Assembly: GCF_001194135.2 (NCBI RefSeq) | Contig: NC_068993.1 | Coordinates: 41,837,533-41,901,532 of the forward strand | DNA length: 64,000 nt | Origin: Octopus bimaculoides | Taxonomy: Eukaryota | Reading direction: 5' to 3' | Part shown: piece by piece, positions 24,185 through 38,305 of the stretch | Layout: every line of letters begins with the position of its first letter | Numbering within the stretch: position 1 is the stretch's first letter | Translations under genes and position numbers: made by a program | Notes under the pieces: generated by a model | What the model was told of the DNA's origin: nothing | The model's database searches: none | The model's input: the letters and a program-made list of their open reading frames with translations, nothing else

Positions 24185-24320
24185 TGGTGTGAGATTCCTT
24201 ATATTATTCTTCCAATTTGTCTCCCGTGCGATTCCTCATATTTCCTTGCAATTTGGACCCGGGCGTGATTTCTTATATTGCCTTGTAATTTGATTCCTAG
24301 TAGGATTTCTTATATTTACA
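24185..24320. repeat. Degenerate ~36-40-bp minisatellite (about 4 units)
   Basis: Units follow gtg.gattcct.atatt..cttg.aatttg. Related units lie near 23810-23895. Confidence 0.6.
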
Positions 24321-24489
24321 AAACTAAAAGACCGTTTTATGTGGATTCTATTATGTACATAACTTAAGAAAGACATTTATTTTCGCCCTCATTCTCGCAG
24401 GCTCTCTATCATTCATGTAAGATAATATATACTATAGATTATAAGATTTGATCGAAAATCTGAATGGCAGAATTGTTGTTGTTATTATT

Positions 24490-26268
24490 ATACACTCGAC
24501 AGATTAGACTGTATTGTTTTAGTCTTGAGGGTCCACATTTTGCTAATTTCTATTTCAAGATCTTTATACTTGCTCAGTTTTTGGTAGGTCTTGGCAAATA
24601 CATTTACGTCGATTGGGACAGTCATATCAATGAGGAGGCATGATTTTTGTCTGAAGTCTTTCAATATAATGTCTGGCCTTTTCGCATCTATCTTTCTGTC
24701 AGCTTGAACAGTGAAGTTCCAGAGGAGTGAGATGTGATCATTTTCAAGCACAGGAGGTGGTTTGTGTTCCCACCAGTTTTAATCATGGGGCAGGTCCAGG
24801 TTTTGCAAATTACCCATTGAATATACTGTGTTGCTCTATCATATGTGTAGGTGCAAGAAGACTGCACATTGAGACAACATGATCAATGGTTTCATTTTGT
24901 TGTTTACATACAAGACATGTTGGGATACTGCCGTTCTCTGATATGTTGGCCTGGTAGTTCCTTTTAGGCTGGCATTGATCTTGGGCTGCTGTGATAAACT
25001 CTTTTGTTTCTGATTTTAAGCCAGAAGACACTAACCATTGATAGGTATGGGCTTTGTTAACATCTGCATTATTAGCTTTCTTTGGGTATTTGCCACTGGG
25101 AGGTTTTTCTTGCCATTTATCAGTAAGAATATCCAAGGAGCAGTTTTAGCAGGAGTTTTCATACGCTTAGCTTTTCTGTGCTTTTTTCCAGTATGCCTAA
25201 TTCTGGGATTTGTTGCATTTGGAATTCCTTTAGATATTTCTTTGCCTGTTTTGTTACTGCTTTCTTGTTTTCATGCCTTAAGACAAGTTTTAACATCTAA
25301 TCATCAGAGTTTTTCAGGTAGGTGTTTAGGCCAATTGTGGCAATCTTCGTTGTTAGTTCCAGTTGTAAAAGTCTACAGCCATCCTCTTTTCTTGGCTGGT
25401 AAAGTCGTTCTATATCTGCCTTAGGATGGTGTATTTTATGCATTGTCAACAATTTTGGGGGGTTTTTTTTTCTGTCAAGATTACATATTTCAGTAATTGA
25501 CCAGTTAATGATATTGAAACTAAGTCAAGACTGGTATGGCTAAATTATTGATCGTTTCGATCCTGTTTCTTGCATTCAGCTCTGTCTTGAGTATTGCCCT
25601 TACTTGCGATAACATTCTCTTCTGATAATTTCCCTCATCATTGAATGTTTGATTCCATCACCTTCAAATACTCCTAGGTATATGTAGCTCTCTGTGGATT
25701 CTAACTCCATTATGACATTCTGCTGGTCAAGATTAACGTTGGATGTTTCTGTCATTTTTCTTTTGATAAAGGTAGCTTTTGCACATTTATCGAGTCCAAA
25801 TTGCATCTTGATGTCATCACTGAATTGTTTAACAATTGCTATTAAGCCTTGTAGTTATTGGTCATTTTTGCCAAAGAGATTTAAAAGCAATTTTGAGAGA
25901 GGTATTAAGGCTAGACAAAAAGCGATTGGTGATAGAGAGTCACCTTGGAAAATGCCACATGAAATTCTTACATCTCCAGCATTGAGAGATTCATTGTCAC
26001 TGGTCAAGGTCAGTGTGGTTCTCCATGATCTCATACTTACAAACAAGAATTTTTGCCAAGTAGGTGCTATTTTATACATTTCCAGACATTTCTTAATCCA
26101 GCAATGTGGTAGACTGCCAAAAGCTTTTTTATTGTCTACTCAGGTTACCGACAAGTTCTTGTGTCACTTCTGACAATTTTCCAAGATCATTTTATTGATG
26201 AGTAGCTGATCATTACAACCATAGGGCCCACGTTTACATCCTTTCTGCTCATTAGGGAATATGCCACT
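24490..26268 (-). mobile_element. R4/Dong-clade non-LTR retrotransposon relic (RT, CCHC finger, restriction-like endonuclease)
   Basis: EQKGCKRGPYGCNDQLLINKMILE; GIFQGDSLSPIAFCLALIPLS; MQFGLDKCAK; YIYLGVFE; GLKSETKEFITAAQDQ; CLVCKQQNETIDHVVSMC; RPDIILKD..KSCLLIDMTVP...KLSKYKDL (PD-(D/E)xK nuclease). Stops and internal deletions are present. Confidence 0.92.
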
Positions 26269-26281
26269 TATTATTATTATT

Positions 26282-26331
<50 letters not shown>

Positions 26332-26424
26332 TATCATCATTATTATTATTATTATTATTATTATGATTATTATTATTATTATTATTATTATCATGATCAT
26401 GATCATCATTATTATTATTATTAA

Positions 26425-26472
<48 letters not shown>

Positions 26473-26497
26473 TATTATTATTATCATCATTATTTTT
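26269..26497. repeat. (ATT)n/(ATC)n trinucleotide array abutting the R4/Dong relic
   Basis: Direct inspection. Confidence 0.95.
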
Positions 26498-29400
26498 ATT
26501 ATCGACACTTGTACACTGGGAATAGTGTCTATAACTTGTAGTCATGGGTCACAATGTTTTGGCAATTCTTCTCGTAGGCCTACTTCATGTGACTTTCGTG
26601 GTCGGTAGTGTTCTCGGCCTTCGAAAGGAGCTCTTGATGTACAAGCACCACGACATTATAATTTCAAAGGTTCACTAATACTCTGATTGAAGCTGCTCCC
26701 TCTCACCAGAGAAATGGCACATCTAACACTTAATTAGAGCTCATATTCACGAAGCCTTCATATTGCAGGCTGTTTCATATTAGGAGTTTAAACTTAACCT
26801 GTGAATTTTTGTCATCCGTTTATCGCAAGCCTGTATTCACCTGACAATACGTCAAAACCGAGCGATACTGTCTCCTCCTCCTCCTCCTCCTCCTCATACA
26901 CCTCATCCTCCTCCCCCTCCTCNNNNNNNNNNTTTCGTCGTTGTTGTCATCATCATCATCATCATGTATAGATGTCATCTGTTTTCAGCATGTTGAACAT
27001 TAAGGATATGTATTCAAGTTTTTTTTCTCTGCCATTGTTACACATTCACCATTTGTAAATTTATTCCGTCCTTGGTAATATAAAACGATTTTGTTCTGGG
27101 TCTTCTTCTCAATAGTTTGCTATTTATCTTGCTTCCTAATAATAGTTCTATATATATATATTGTGCTTTTACTAATGATCAAAATACTTTAACCTCCTTT
27201 TTTTTTAATGGTTGTGAGTAATGATCTTTTTGTATTTGCTAGTTGTAGCACATCTTTATTAGTTTTATCTTATATCTAAGATATTTTTAACATTCGTCTA
27301 TATTATTTTATACGTTTCAACCACGTGGTTGTGGTCATGGAATTGTGGTCATGCTAGAACACCACCTTTATTTCAAAAGCTTTTTAATTTGCCTGAAAGA
27401 GTTTTCGTCAACGTCCAAGCATTGTCTATACAGTGTGAAAAAAGGTATCGTCTGCGGCCGACAACGCCAAGAGAAGATTGTAATTAGAAAGAGCCCAACA
27501 GGCTAAAAAAACAAAAACATCCTAAACACTTTGCGTCATCTTACAAAATCTGTGATCTAAGTGTCAAGAATTGTGGTGAAAACTGGCATGATGTGTCTGC
27601 CATACTTTAGACGAATGTCGAAAATAAAATTCGAATTTGTGGTCAATGCAACACCAGAAAAATATTCTGAAGCGAGACTACCGTTCAAGTACAATTATTC
27701 TGGTTAGAGAGTTTAATGGATATTTTAAGCTATTCATATGATATATGACCAAAGAAAAAAAGAATCGAAAAACAAGGGATTATATAGAAATGTATAGCAA
27801 AATACAGAAATAAAGAAAATAGATGAATATAATACAAATATAGGAATATAATCAAAATAGAGAAATATAATGGAGAGAAGAAATTAAGTTTCTGCTACCA
27901 GATTCGTTTTGAATTTTAAACCTAAACTAATTTTGAAAGTGATGGCAGTTTCAGGAAAATATAGCAGTTTCGTAATACTAGTTTTTATGGGTATTTTTTA
28001 TTCTCTTTTTCTTTTTTTATCTCCCTTAACAATGAAGTTCTACTCTAAAATAATGGCATTGTATGATTTAGCAAGAAAGAGAGACAGAGATGGAAAGACT
28101 CTAATCTTTAGGAAACCAGCTCTGAATAGAAATTGTACGCTTCCTAGTAATATTTTTGCTATTGATTGTAGCATACTTTCAGAAAATCTTTCAATATTTG
28201 CAGAAACCTATAATTTCTGAACCTATAATTTCGTTGTATTTCGGTGTAAGATTCAGAAGGTCTCTTTAACTCTATTATGTTATGCTATGTATGTACGTAT
28301 GTATGTATGTATGTATGTATGTATGTATGTATGTGTGTGTGTGTACGTATGTATATATGTGTGTGTATATGCATGTATGGTTATATGTATGCATAATGGT
28401 GACGTGTACAAGAAGGTGACGAGAAGACTTTGTTCAATGGTGTTAATTCCGACATCAACCCCAACAAACTCATAGCTTGACACTTCGGAAAAGTGTTTAA
28501 TCCCGCGATCTTCGATCTTTGTTGAATAAATGAATAAGGTAGAAGTGACGTTGAAAAGCCAAAGGAACCTGTGTTAAATTTAAAGCTCAATAAGCTCAAA
28601 AACTTGCTACAGGTTTTCCAATTTCCACTTCATACACTTCAATGTTACATGCAAGACCTTTTCTTCAAGGATTCTCTTTTTAACTTTCTTTTCGCGTGAC
28701 TGAAACACTGGGGAGGCTAAATAACATTAGAACCGCTTAAATGAAAAATAATGTCGAGTTTAAAAGACTCTTGTCGGCAAAGCACAAAGATTTGTGCGTA
28801 TTATCATACAGAAGACTATCAATGAATTGATCAACGAACATAAGTGTTTGTTCTTTATTACAAAGCGCTTCCACGGATGAGTAACTGATTTGAAAATGTA
28901 CTGTCGAGTGTATAACTCATTACTAATCATTGAGAATATCCATGTTTTCTCTATGTATTTATGTACGCATAAGCGTGAGTGCAATTGTATGTATACAAAT
29001 ATATGTATGTACATATGCATGTATGTGTGCGCGCGCGCGTGTATCGCACCGCTAACACATAAAATAGGACACAGAATTGATTTATATACCTTAAATATAC
29101 TGGTAGTATATTATGACTGCAGGAGGAAACGAGGTGTCCCTACCAGCAATTAGTACATACATGTATTCATAAATTAATACATACATACATACATATACAT
29201 ATACTCATCGGGAGGTCATGAGGTCATTATGCCAATTTTAAACCCGCAAGTTCAAATCAAATACAAATTTGAGCATGTGTGTGTGTGTGTTCATGTACGT
29301 ATATGTATGTATATAAATCGTTTCAGAAAAACCGTGGAATAATTCTTTTTTGTTTTTGCTCTTAGTTTGGAATTGGTTTCCACAGTGCATATACATCTAT

Positions 29401-29750
29401 AATTAATAGAGTGTAAATGCTTAGTTTAAAAATCCTTTTAGAATAATTCGAAAGCTGCTAACAGATTCGCTTGCGCGCACACACAAATATCGATGATTGA
29501 TACGTTATGAGTAGAATCTGTTTGTTGGAGATGCATGGAAATATGTTGTGTGTGCGCGTGCGCGTGCGCGCGCACGTGTGTGTGTGTGTCTGCATTAAAG
29601 CTATCATTAGTTTCATGTTCAGAAAAATATCTTAATATCTAAAACCAATGGTAGTCATAAGGCACAAATAAATTCTATCCCCCATTGCGATATTGAGCAC
29701 TCATTTTTATCGTTCGACATATATATACATGTATGTATGTATGTATGTAC

Positions 29751-29831
29751 TAGTCATGAGCAACAAACTGTCCGCCTCATGAGAAACCATGTCTCATGTT
29801 GTGCGCTTCTTCTAAAAGGTTGCCCATACGC
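29751..29831. mobile_element. Possible very short degenerate hAT-type MITE
   Basis: tagtcatgagcaac ... gttgcccatacg form imperfect inverted ends. No clear TSD. Confidence 0.3.
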
Positions 29832-29909
29832 GATATAAACTCATACCAGGGATATATTCGGTCGAAAACGACATCGTTTATTTCCATCTTCTTTTTTCTT
29901 TTTTTTCAG

Positions 29910-30039
29910 CATTTCCAAATGCCTGTGAATTCCATTAGATTATGGAAACATACGAACTGTTTCAAACACCGGTAGAAAGTAACACCACCTCCATCACGAC
30001 GCACATAGGACAAAAAAATGGGGAAAGAAAATGACAATG
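29910..30039 (+). other. Candidate exon (130 nt; possibly 5' UTR plus start codon)
   Basis: Very strong acceptor tttccatcttcttttttcttttttttcag|C and donor ATG|gtgagt. The ATG at 30018 (aaaATGG) reads MGKENDN into a phase-1 intron. Confidence 0.35.
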
Positions 30040-31072
30040 GTGAGTCTCTTCATGTACAAAACGTTTCCCGGACAATAGGCATTTCACTGGAAAAATATAT
30101 CCTGAATCACCGTTAATAGGTACGTCAGATTAGTTTTGACGCGCTGGCACCGACTGAATATCTTGCTATCATCTTTCAGAGCAAAGCATTGATGAAGTTT
30201 CGCATCAAGTGACGTTCTTCCGCCATTGGTTTTCATTTCACCAACTTAGAACAACATTCTTCTGAGTATTTATGCGTCGAAATTCTTAGATACCGCCGTC
30301 AAACGACACAATAGCGTGGGCGTGACTATAGGTGTTTGTGTGAGTGTGTGTATGTGTGTGTGTGCGCGTATGTGTGTATATATATATATATNNNNNNNNN
30401 NNNNNNNNNNNNNNNNNNNNNNNNNNNNNNNNNNNNNNNNNNNNNNNNNNNNNNNNNNNNNNNNNNNNNNNNNNNNNNNNNNNNNNNNNNNNNNNNNNNN
30501 NNNNNNNNNNNNNNNNNNNNNNNNNNNNNNNNNNNNNNNNNNNNNNNNNNNNNNNNNNNNNNNNNNNNNNNNNNNNNNNNNNNNNNNNNNNNNNNNNNNN
30601 NNNNNNNNNNNNNNNNNNNNNNNNNNNNNNNNNNNNNNNNNNNNNNNNNNNNNNNNNNNNNNNNNNNNNNNNNNNNNNNNNNNNNNNNNNNNNNNNNNNN
30701 NNNNNNNNNNNNNNNNNNNNNNNNNNNNNNNNNNNNNNNNNNNNNNNNNNNNNNNNNNNNNNNNNNNNNNNNNNNNNNNNNNNNNNNNNNNNNNNNNNNN
30801 NNNNNNNNNNNNNNNNNNNNNNNNNNNNNNNNNNNNNNNNNNNNNNNNNNNNNNNNNNNNNNNNNNNNNNNNNNNNNNNNNNNNNNNNNNNNNNNNNNNN
30901 NNNNNNNNNNNNNNNNNNNNNNNNNNNNNNNNNNNNNNNNNNNNNNNNNNNNNNNNNNNNNNNNNNNNNNNNNNNNNNNNNNNNNNNNNNNNNNNNNNNN
31001 NNNNNNNNNNNNNNNNNNNNNNNNNNNNNNNNNNNNNNNNNNNNNNNNNNNNNNNNNNNNNNNNNNNNNNNN

Positions 31073-31112
<40 letters not shown>

Positions 31113-31116
<4 letters not shown>

Positions 31117-31280
31117 GACGGGCTTTTTTCAGTTTCGTTCAACCAAATCCACTAACAAGTCTTTTGTCGGCTCGAGGCTATAGTAGACGACACCTGCCCA
31201 AGGTACCACTCACTGGGACTGAACCCGGAACCATGTGATTGGGAAGCAAACTTCTCTCCATACAGCCACTGCTACACCTA
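31113..31280 (-). mobile_element. SINE family A copy adjoining a (TA)n tract and gap
   Basis: atacgacgggc..tttcagtttcg..caaccaaatccact.acaag...ggctatagtagacgacacctgcccaaggtacc...gggactgaacccggaaccatgtg. Confidence 0.85.
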
Positions 31281-31783
31281 TGTATGTGTCTGTGAGCGCA
31301 TCTGTGTGCGTTTATATAGTTATGGTTGTGTAATTACGTATTTCAATTTCCATGTATGTATACGAAAATTTTAACTGAATGAGAGGCATTTGATTGAAAC
31401 AGAAGCATTTAGCCCTGTAAACGCTGGCTTTGGTTATTGTTTCTTTTATGCCACTTAAATAATTTGCCACGGTTCCTGATATTTCGGAATCCTACGGCAA
31501 GAATTTGATTACTTTGAAGACGTTTGTAACATCGTTTTAGTGATGAAGCACTGAGGGAATAAACCTGAAAAGATGAAAGAAAATGTCCGTTTGTATAATT
31601 GAGGAAGTAATATATTTCTGTTAGCAGATTTACATAGAAATTTAACATGGCAATTCTCGCTCTTATATCCTGTTACACAGTTAAAATGCTTTATCAGCAA
31701 AAGTTGAAAGTGCTGCAAAACAAATTAGGGGACATTATCAGGTATCCGGTTTATTAATCACAAACACACAGACACAGACACAG

Positions 31784-31814
<31 letters not shown>

Positions 31815-32812
31815 TGCACACATTCATTCATACATAAACATATATACATATATATATTTATACATATATATATATGTATATATAAGTATTCATATACGTG
31901 TATATACATATATATGAGTGTGTATGTATATATATATATATATGTATATATAAGTATTCATATACGTGNNNNNNNNNNNNNNNNNNNNNNNNNNNNNNNN
32001 NNNNNNNNNNNNNNNNNNNNNNNNNNNNNNNNNNNNNNNNNNNNNNNNNNNNNNNNNNNNNNNNNNNNNNNNNNNNNNNNNNNNNNNNNNNNNNNNNNNN
32101 NNNNNNNNNNNNNNNNNNNNNNNNNNNNNNNNNNNNNNNNNNNNNNNNNNNNNNNNNNNNNNNNNNNNNNNNNNNNNNNNNNNNNNNNNNNNNNNNNNNN
32201 NNNNNNNNNNNNNNNNNNNNNNNNNNNNNNNNNNNNNNNNNNNNNNNNNNNNNNNNNNNNNNNNNNNNNNNNNNNNNNNNNNNNNNNNNNNNNNNNNNNN
32301 NNNNNNNNNNNNNNNNNNNNNNNNNNNNNNNNNNNNNNNNNNNNNNNNNNNNNNNNNNNNNNNNNNNNNNNNNNNNNNNNNNNNNNNNNNNNNNNNNNNN
32401 NNNNNNNNNNNNNNNNNNNNNNNNNNNNNNNNNNNNNNNNNNNNNNNNNNNNNNNNNNNNNNNNNNNNNNNNNNNNNNNNNNNNNNNNNNNNNNNNNNNN
32501 NNNNNNNNNNNNNNNNNNNNNNNNNNNNNNNNNNNNNNNNNNNNNNNNNNNNNNNNNNNNNNNNNNNNNNNNNNATATATATATATATACACGCACACAC
32601 AAATAGGAGTACAAGTGTGAGTGTGTGTTTTTAGCAGAAATAACAAAGTGACTCAAATCCTGAGAGTTTCGTGCGTTTAATAAGTGCCAACACACGGAAC
32701 TCTCGAACCTTCAGTCACTCTATTATTTCTGCTAAATATTAATAAAAGCATACATATACTCATATTTTGAGTTCCATTTATCTTGTTTCCGCCAACATAC
32801 ATACATACATAT

Positions 32813-32871
<59 letters not shown>

Positions 32872-32873
32872 CA

Positions 32874-32907
<34 letters not shown>

Positions 32908-33364
32908 CAATTGAAGAAATTAGAGTCAAGAAGATGGAGTACAATTGTTTCGACGCAACGTAGTTCTCCAAGAATACAGGTATTTGGTTATACAACTGTT
33001 TGTTGGCATAATGAGATCTAGTTCTGTTTCCTCAGGAGATATACGAATGTTGTCTCCGCTAGTTTAAAATCGTTGTCTTCAAGGCCATCTCTCTTCGTCG
33101 TGGTTTGAATTTAGTTGCGGCTGATAGACATGTGGTGTTTGCCGCGAGAGCGCGTTTGTGGGACTGCAAACTCCATCAGCCGCTACGTTTAGGTAGCAAT
33201 ACGTGCAGTAGGTAATAAGTGAAAAGAAAACATTAAAAGGAAATCGATATAGCCTTAGAATCTTCTGGGATATTTTAAATTTCATATCATTTGCCAATAA
33301 TAATTATATCTATTCGACCATTTTCATCCTTATTAACAAAAAAAAAAAAAATCAGAACAATTAA

Positions 33365-33830
<466 letters not shown>

Positions 33831-35664
33831 CCAATGTCTAAAAGAAGTAAAAGAGAAGAAATAAAACTATACAACCGATTATAGAGTTATACGAAGTTTT
33901 AGAAAGAAATAATGTAAATCGATAAAAGAAATAGAAATAAGTGGTCTTCTTTTGTCCATATCTTATAATAATTTTAAAATTTAATCTCAAATCCATATCG
34001 TAACAAATTAGACATACACACACCAGCAGCGAGTAATCTATTACCATAAAGAAACAATTCATTGGGATTAGTAGTGATATAACAATAAAATGTAGCTTGG
34101 CTATCGAATCTTAGTCACGAATCCATCTAAATTGTAACAGATAAAACTGAAGACGCTAAACTAATCATGTGATATAACAGCCTTGAATAGCAAAGCCACA
34201 ATCTATGTTGAAATATCTGTTTAGTAAAGTAAATTAGAATTAGAAACAGTGGAATTAGAAACGGCTGGTAGTTGAGAAAGTAGGTTGCGACAAACCCAAG
34301 CTACATTTATTGTGAATTACTTAGAGATAACACGATCAAGCGTTGTGATAAGTTAGAAACAATAGCTTTATGATTATCAACTTTGGTTTATGGAAAGGTG
34401 CGCGTATACACACACACACACACACACACACACANNNNNNNNNNNNNNNNNNNNNNNNNNNNNNNNNNNNNNNNNNNNNNNNNNNNNNNNNNNNNNNNNN
34501 NNNNNNNNNNNNNNNNNNNNNNNNNNNNNNNNNNNNNNNNNNNNNNNNNNNNNNNNNNNNNNNNNNNNNNNNNNNNNNNNNNNNNNNNNNNNNNNNNNNN
34601 NNNNNNNNNNNNNNNNNNNNNNNNNNNNNNNNNNNNNNNNNNNNNNNNNNNNNNNNNNNNNNNNNNNNNNNNNNNNNNNNNNNNNNNNNNNNNNNNNNNN
34701 NNNNNNNNNNNNNNNAAACCACATCATAAGATGTCTCGTAAAATATTGTAAAATTTGTAATATGTTGTAATTTGTTACAATATTTTACGAGACATTTTAT
34801 GATGTGGTTTATTTTTCCGGGATACCCTATTGAAATGTGCATAGGTTTGGCTTATTGTGGTTGTTTCTGTTATTATAATTGTTGCTGCAATAAAGTATCT
34901 TCAATGCATTGATTTTGAGCTCTATCCTTTAAGCGACATGTATACATATATATATACAAAAACTCAACTGTGAGCTTTTTGCTAAGACTGTTAACAGATA
35001 CTATATATTTTGTAAAATTTGTTTTATAAAAGAATATATTTAATATATATATGTATGTATGTATATATGTATGAATTCAAGAATTGTGGTTCTTCTCTCT
35101 AAATTATATATTTATACATTTGATTTTAAATGTCTTGCCCGCTCACGTTGTTGGTATGCTGCTATATATATGCTCATGTTGAGAACTTTTTAGGTTTTAA
35201 TAGACACAAGATGTGATCTATTTCTAGCGCATTAATTGTCCACGTTAGTGATCGACGTTATTTTTTAAAATGTACCTTAATCCCCTGAGATTGAAGATAA
35301 TATTTCTGAATCTCTTTGATTCTTTAAATGTGCTGGCCCCCTGATAATTAATCGATATTAATTAATATATTAATATATGACTAATTACCAGATCTTATAA
35401 TAATATATATATGTACATATATACATGCATATGTGTGTGTGTATGTATATACATACACTAATCTATATGTTTGTTTATATATGTGTTTGTATATTAATTC
35501 ATATAGAAATGTATTAATACGCACACACACTGACGCACAAATAAATCTGCACACGCACTATTCTATCCCAGTCGAGATCATCGTCAGCATCTATATACCA
35601 CCTTTAACTACGCACAAAGACGCTTCTTCTTTAAATATGGTCGAGCACCTACTAATATTAGTTT

Positions 35665-36100
35665 AAGACGGTGAGCTGTCAGAAACGTTAGTACGTCGGG
35701 TAAAATGCTGAGCGACATTTCGTCTGTATTTACGTTCTGAGTCCAAATTCTACCGAGGTCGACTTTAACCTTCACCCTTTCGGAGTCGATAAAGAAAGTA
35801 CATGTTAAGCTCTGGGATCGTCCTAAACTCTCTTGAAATATTACTGGCCTTGTGCCAAAATTTCAAATCAGTATTACAGTTTAACGTAGGGCGGCGAGCT
35901 GGCAGACTAGTTAGGACGTCAATAAAAACGGTGAGCCACATTTCGTCCGTCTTTATGCTCTGATTTCAAATTCCACCGTGGTCGAGTTTGCCTTTCATAC
36001 TTCTGGGGTTGATAAAATTAGTGTCATTTGAAAACTGGAGTCGTTGTAATCGACTTGCCCCTCCCCTAAAATTGCTGTCCTTGTGCCAAAATTCGAAATC
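35665..36100 (+). mobile_element. Tandem pair of SINE C copies
   Basis: Two heads (aagacggtgagctgtcagaaacgttag; agggcggcgagctggcagactagttag), each followed by the core and a ccttgtgccaaaatt tail. Confidence 0.85.
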
Positions 36101-37279
36101 AGTTATAACTTGAAGTAAACTGGATAAACTATTTACATGTTTAATCATTGCAATTAATGGTAACTATGTGACCACACCTGTAATTTAAGAAATATATTTT
36201 ATAGAAGAAAGTTTTGTTTTCATTGAATCCAACAGTATGTAACTGGTATCTATCTGTCTTTGAACCTGGTGCTGTCTTTGAACCTGAGAAAGTAAACTCA
36301 GGAGATTTTAAACTCTGTTTTAGTCAGCAACCTCTAGTTTTGGACAAATATTTTGTTCCTGTTTAGACATTCGGGCATTTATTTCTAAGGAATTGGTATG
36401 GTTGATTCAATCGATCAAAAATATTAATGTTATTTAGTTTATCGATCCAGAAGATATAAAAGAAATGGCTACCTTGGTGCCATTTGTATTCCGAATGCAG
36501 AAGGCCGTAACTAAATATTTAATATGATTTTCTATATTCTCAGCCAGCCCATATATCTATATTGTGAATCTTATATTGTAATATTCGTTTACGTTTCTCT
36601 TTTCTGAAAGTTCATCATAAATAGGAGAAAATTGGAAGTTGTGACATTCATACATTTTTGCTTTGCAAGTAACTTATAAAAACGAAGTGAACCGATGTCT
36701 CAAGATGAAATTATATAACAGTACCAAGTTGCTATAAATCACTGCTTTTTAACGCGGCTACAAAGTACAAATATATAGTGAAAGCAATTTACAAAATACT
36801 TTTAACACGAATTACCATGGTGGCCTAAAGCATCTAATAAAAATTGTTTTTAGCTGTTTGATCATATAAATGACATTTAACCTTGATACAAGGAAATTTT
36901 TAAAAAATGAAACGTTGGGTTCATTGAATAATTAAATGAGAATGAATAGCTTACGAATGACTATACAAATTACTTCACATTATTATGTCATAAAAATTTT
37001 AACATCAAAATGTTTTATATGTACAGAAATACATATAAACGAAGTTTTTTTTTTTTAGAAGACAATTAAAAAATAATTAATTAAAAGTAAGATACAATAA
37101 GATGAATAAATTTCCCGAAACTTGTTATATCTGGGTTTTTAATTTGTTATTGAAATTTTCTTGCTGTTTATAATTGTCAAATATCCATTAATCTATGTTT
37201 ATAGAAACTATGTAGATATTACAGTTACAAATTTGAAAAAATATAAAACATATCAAATGGATGTGTGACTAAAATGTTT

Positions 37280-37420
37280 GTTCTGGAGTCAGACGGGTTT
37301 AGGTTCACTTTTACTGCCAGTAGTACTTCCGGTAAAGTGTCTTTTACTATAGCTTCAAGCCGACAATACCTTGTGAGAGAGTTTAGTAAGGAGAAATTGT
37401 GCGGAAACCTGTCGTATCTC
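37280..37420 (+). mobile_element. SINE family A copy running into (TA)n and a gap
   Basis: ttccggtaaagtgtcttttactatagcttcaagccgacaataccttgtgagagagtttagtaaggagaaattg..gaaacctgtcgtat. Confidence 0.65.
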
Positions 37421-37441
37421 TCTCTCTACACACATATATAC

Positions 37442-37476
<35 letters not shown>

Positions 37477-38099
37477 NNNNNNNNNNNNNNNNNNNNNNNN
37501 NNNNNNNNNNNNNNNNNNNNNNNNNNNNNNNNNNNNNNNNNNNNNNNNNNNNNNNNNNNNNNNNNNNNNNNNNNNNNNNNNNNNNNNNNNNNNNNNNTAT
37601 ATACTCAGACTGTCGCCAAGCAGCTGAAGACTACAGACCATTCCATCACTCGTTGATCTCTGTGTGACATTGCCGCACATCCTTGATGCACATTCTCAAG
37701 GATTGGAGAGGTTTCAATGAAAGTTTTTTCATTCTTCTCTCAAAACTCCCCTTAATTCATTAAACAGCTTTTCATACTTCGACCTCTCTTTCACCTTTCA
37801 ACTGTGCCTACTTTCCCTCTTCGTTCCATTCTTCTCCCTTCTTACCTTCTCACTATCTTTCTTCTTCCACTTTCTATTCAATTAATATGCACACGTGGTC
37901 CTATGTTTCTTATGAGTTGTAGCCAGGATTTTAACTGAGAAGGAAAACTCTACTGTCTCTCACCGGTATCTCTCTTGGCAACTTTTTCTGGAAGAAAACT
38001 CTCTCCGAAACGTTAGATTTGCCAAACTCCACGGCATGTTCAATGTACTTTTTATACACTCACTTTACTGCGTATATGTTGCTAGAGTGCGTAGATATT

Positions 38100-38305
38100 T
38101 ATGTATTTATTTCTTTATTGCCCACAGAGGGCTAAATATAGAGAGGACAAACAAGGGAAGAAGTCGATTATATCGACTCCAGTGCGTAACTGGTATTTAA
38201 TTTATCGACCCCGAAAGGATGAAAGGCTAGGTGGACCTTGACGGAATTTGAACTCTAAACATTTCGCCCAGCATACTAACGTTTCTGCCAGCTTACCGCC
38301 TTAGT
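38100..38305 (-). mobile_element. Near full-length SINE C (type-1 tail)
   Basis: Reverse complement of the 5929-6175 copy, from taaggcggtaagctggcagaaac to gggcaataaagaaata. Confidence 0.85.

Noticed and set aside
24185-24320. CRISPR-like periodic repeat
   Set aside because: Units are degenerate and contiguous with no unique spacers, there are no cas genes, and the context is eukaryotic. It is a minisatellite.
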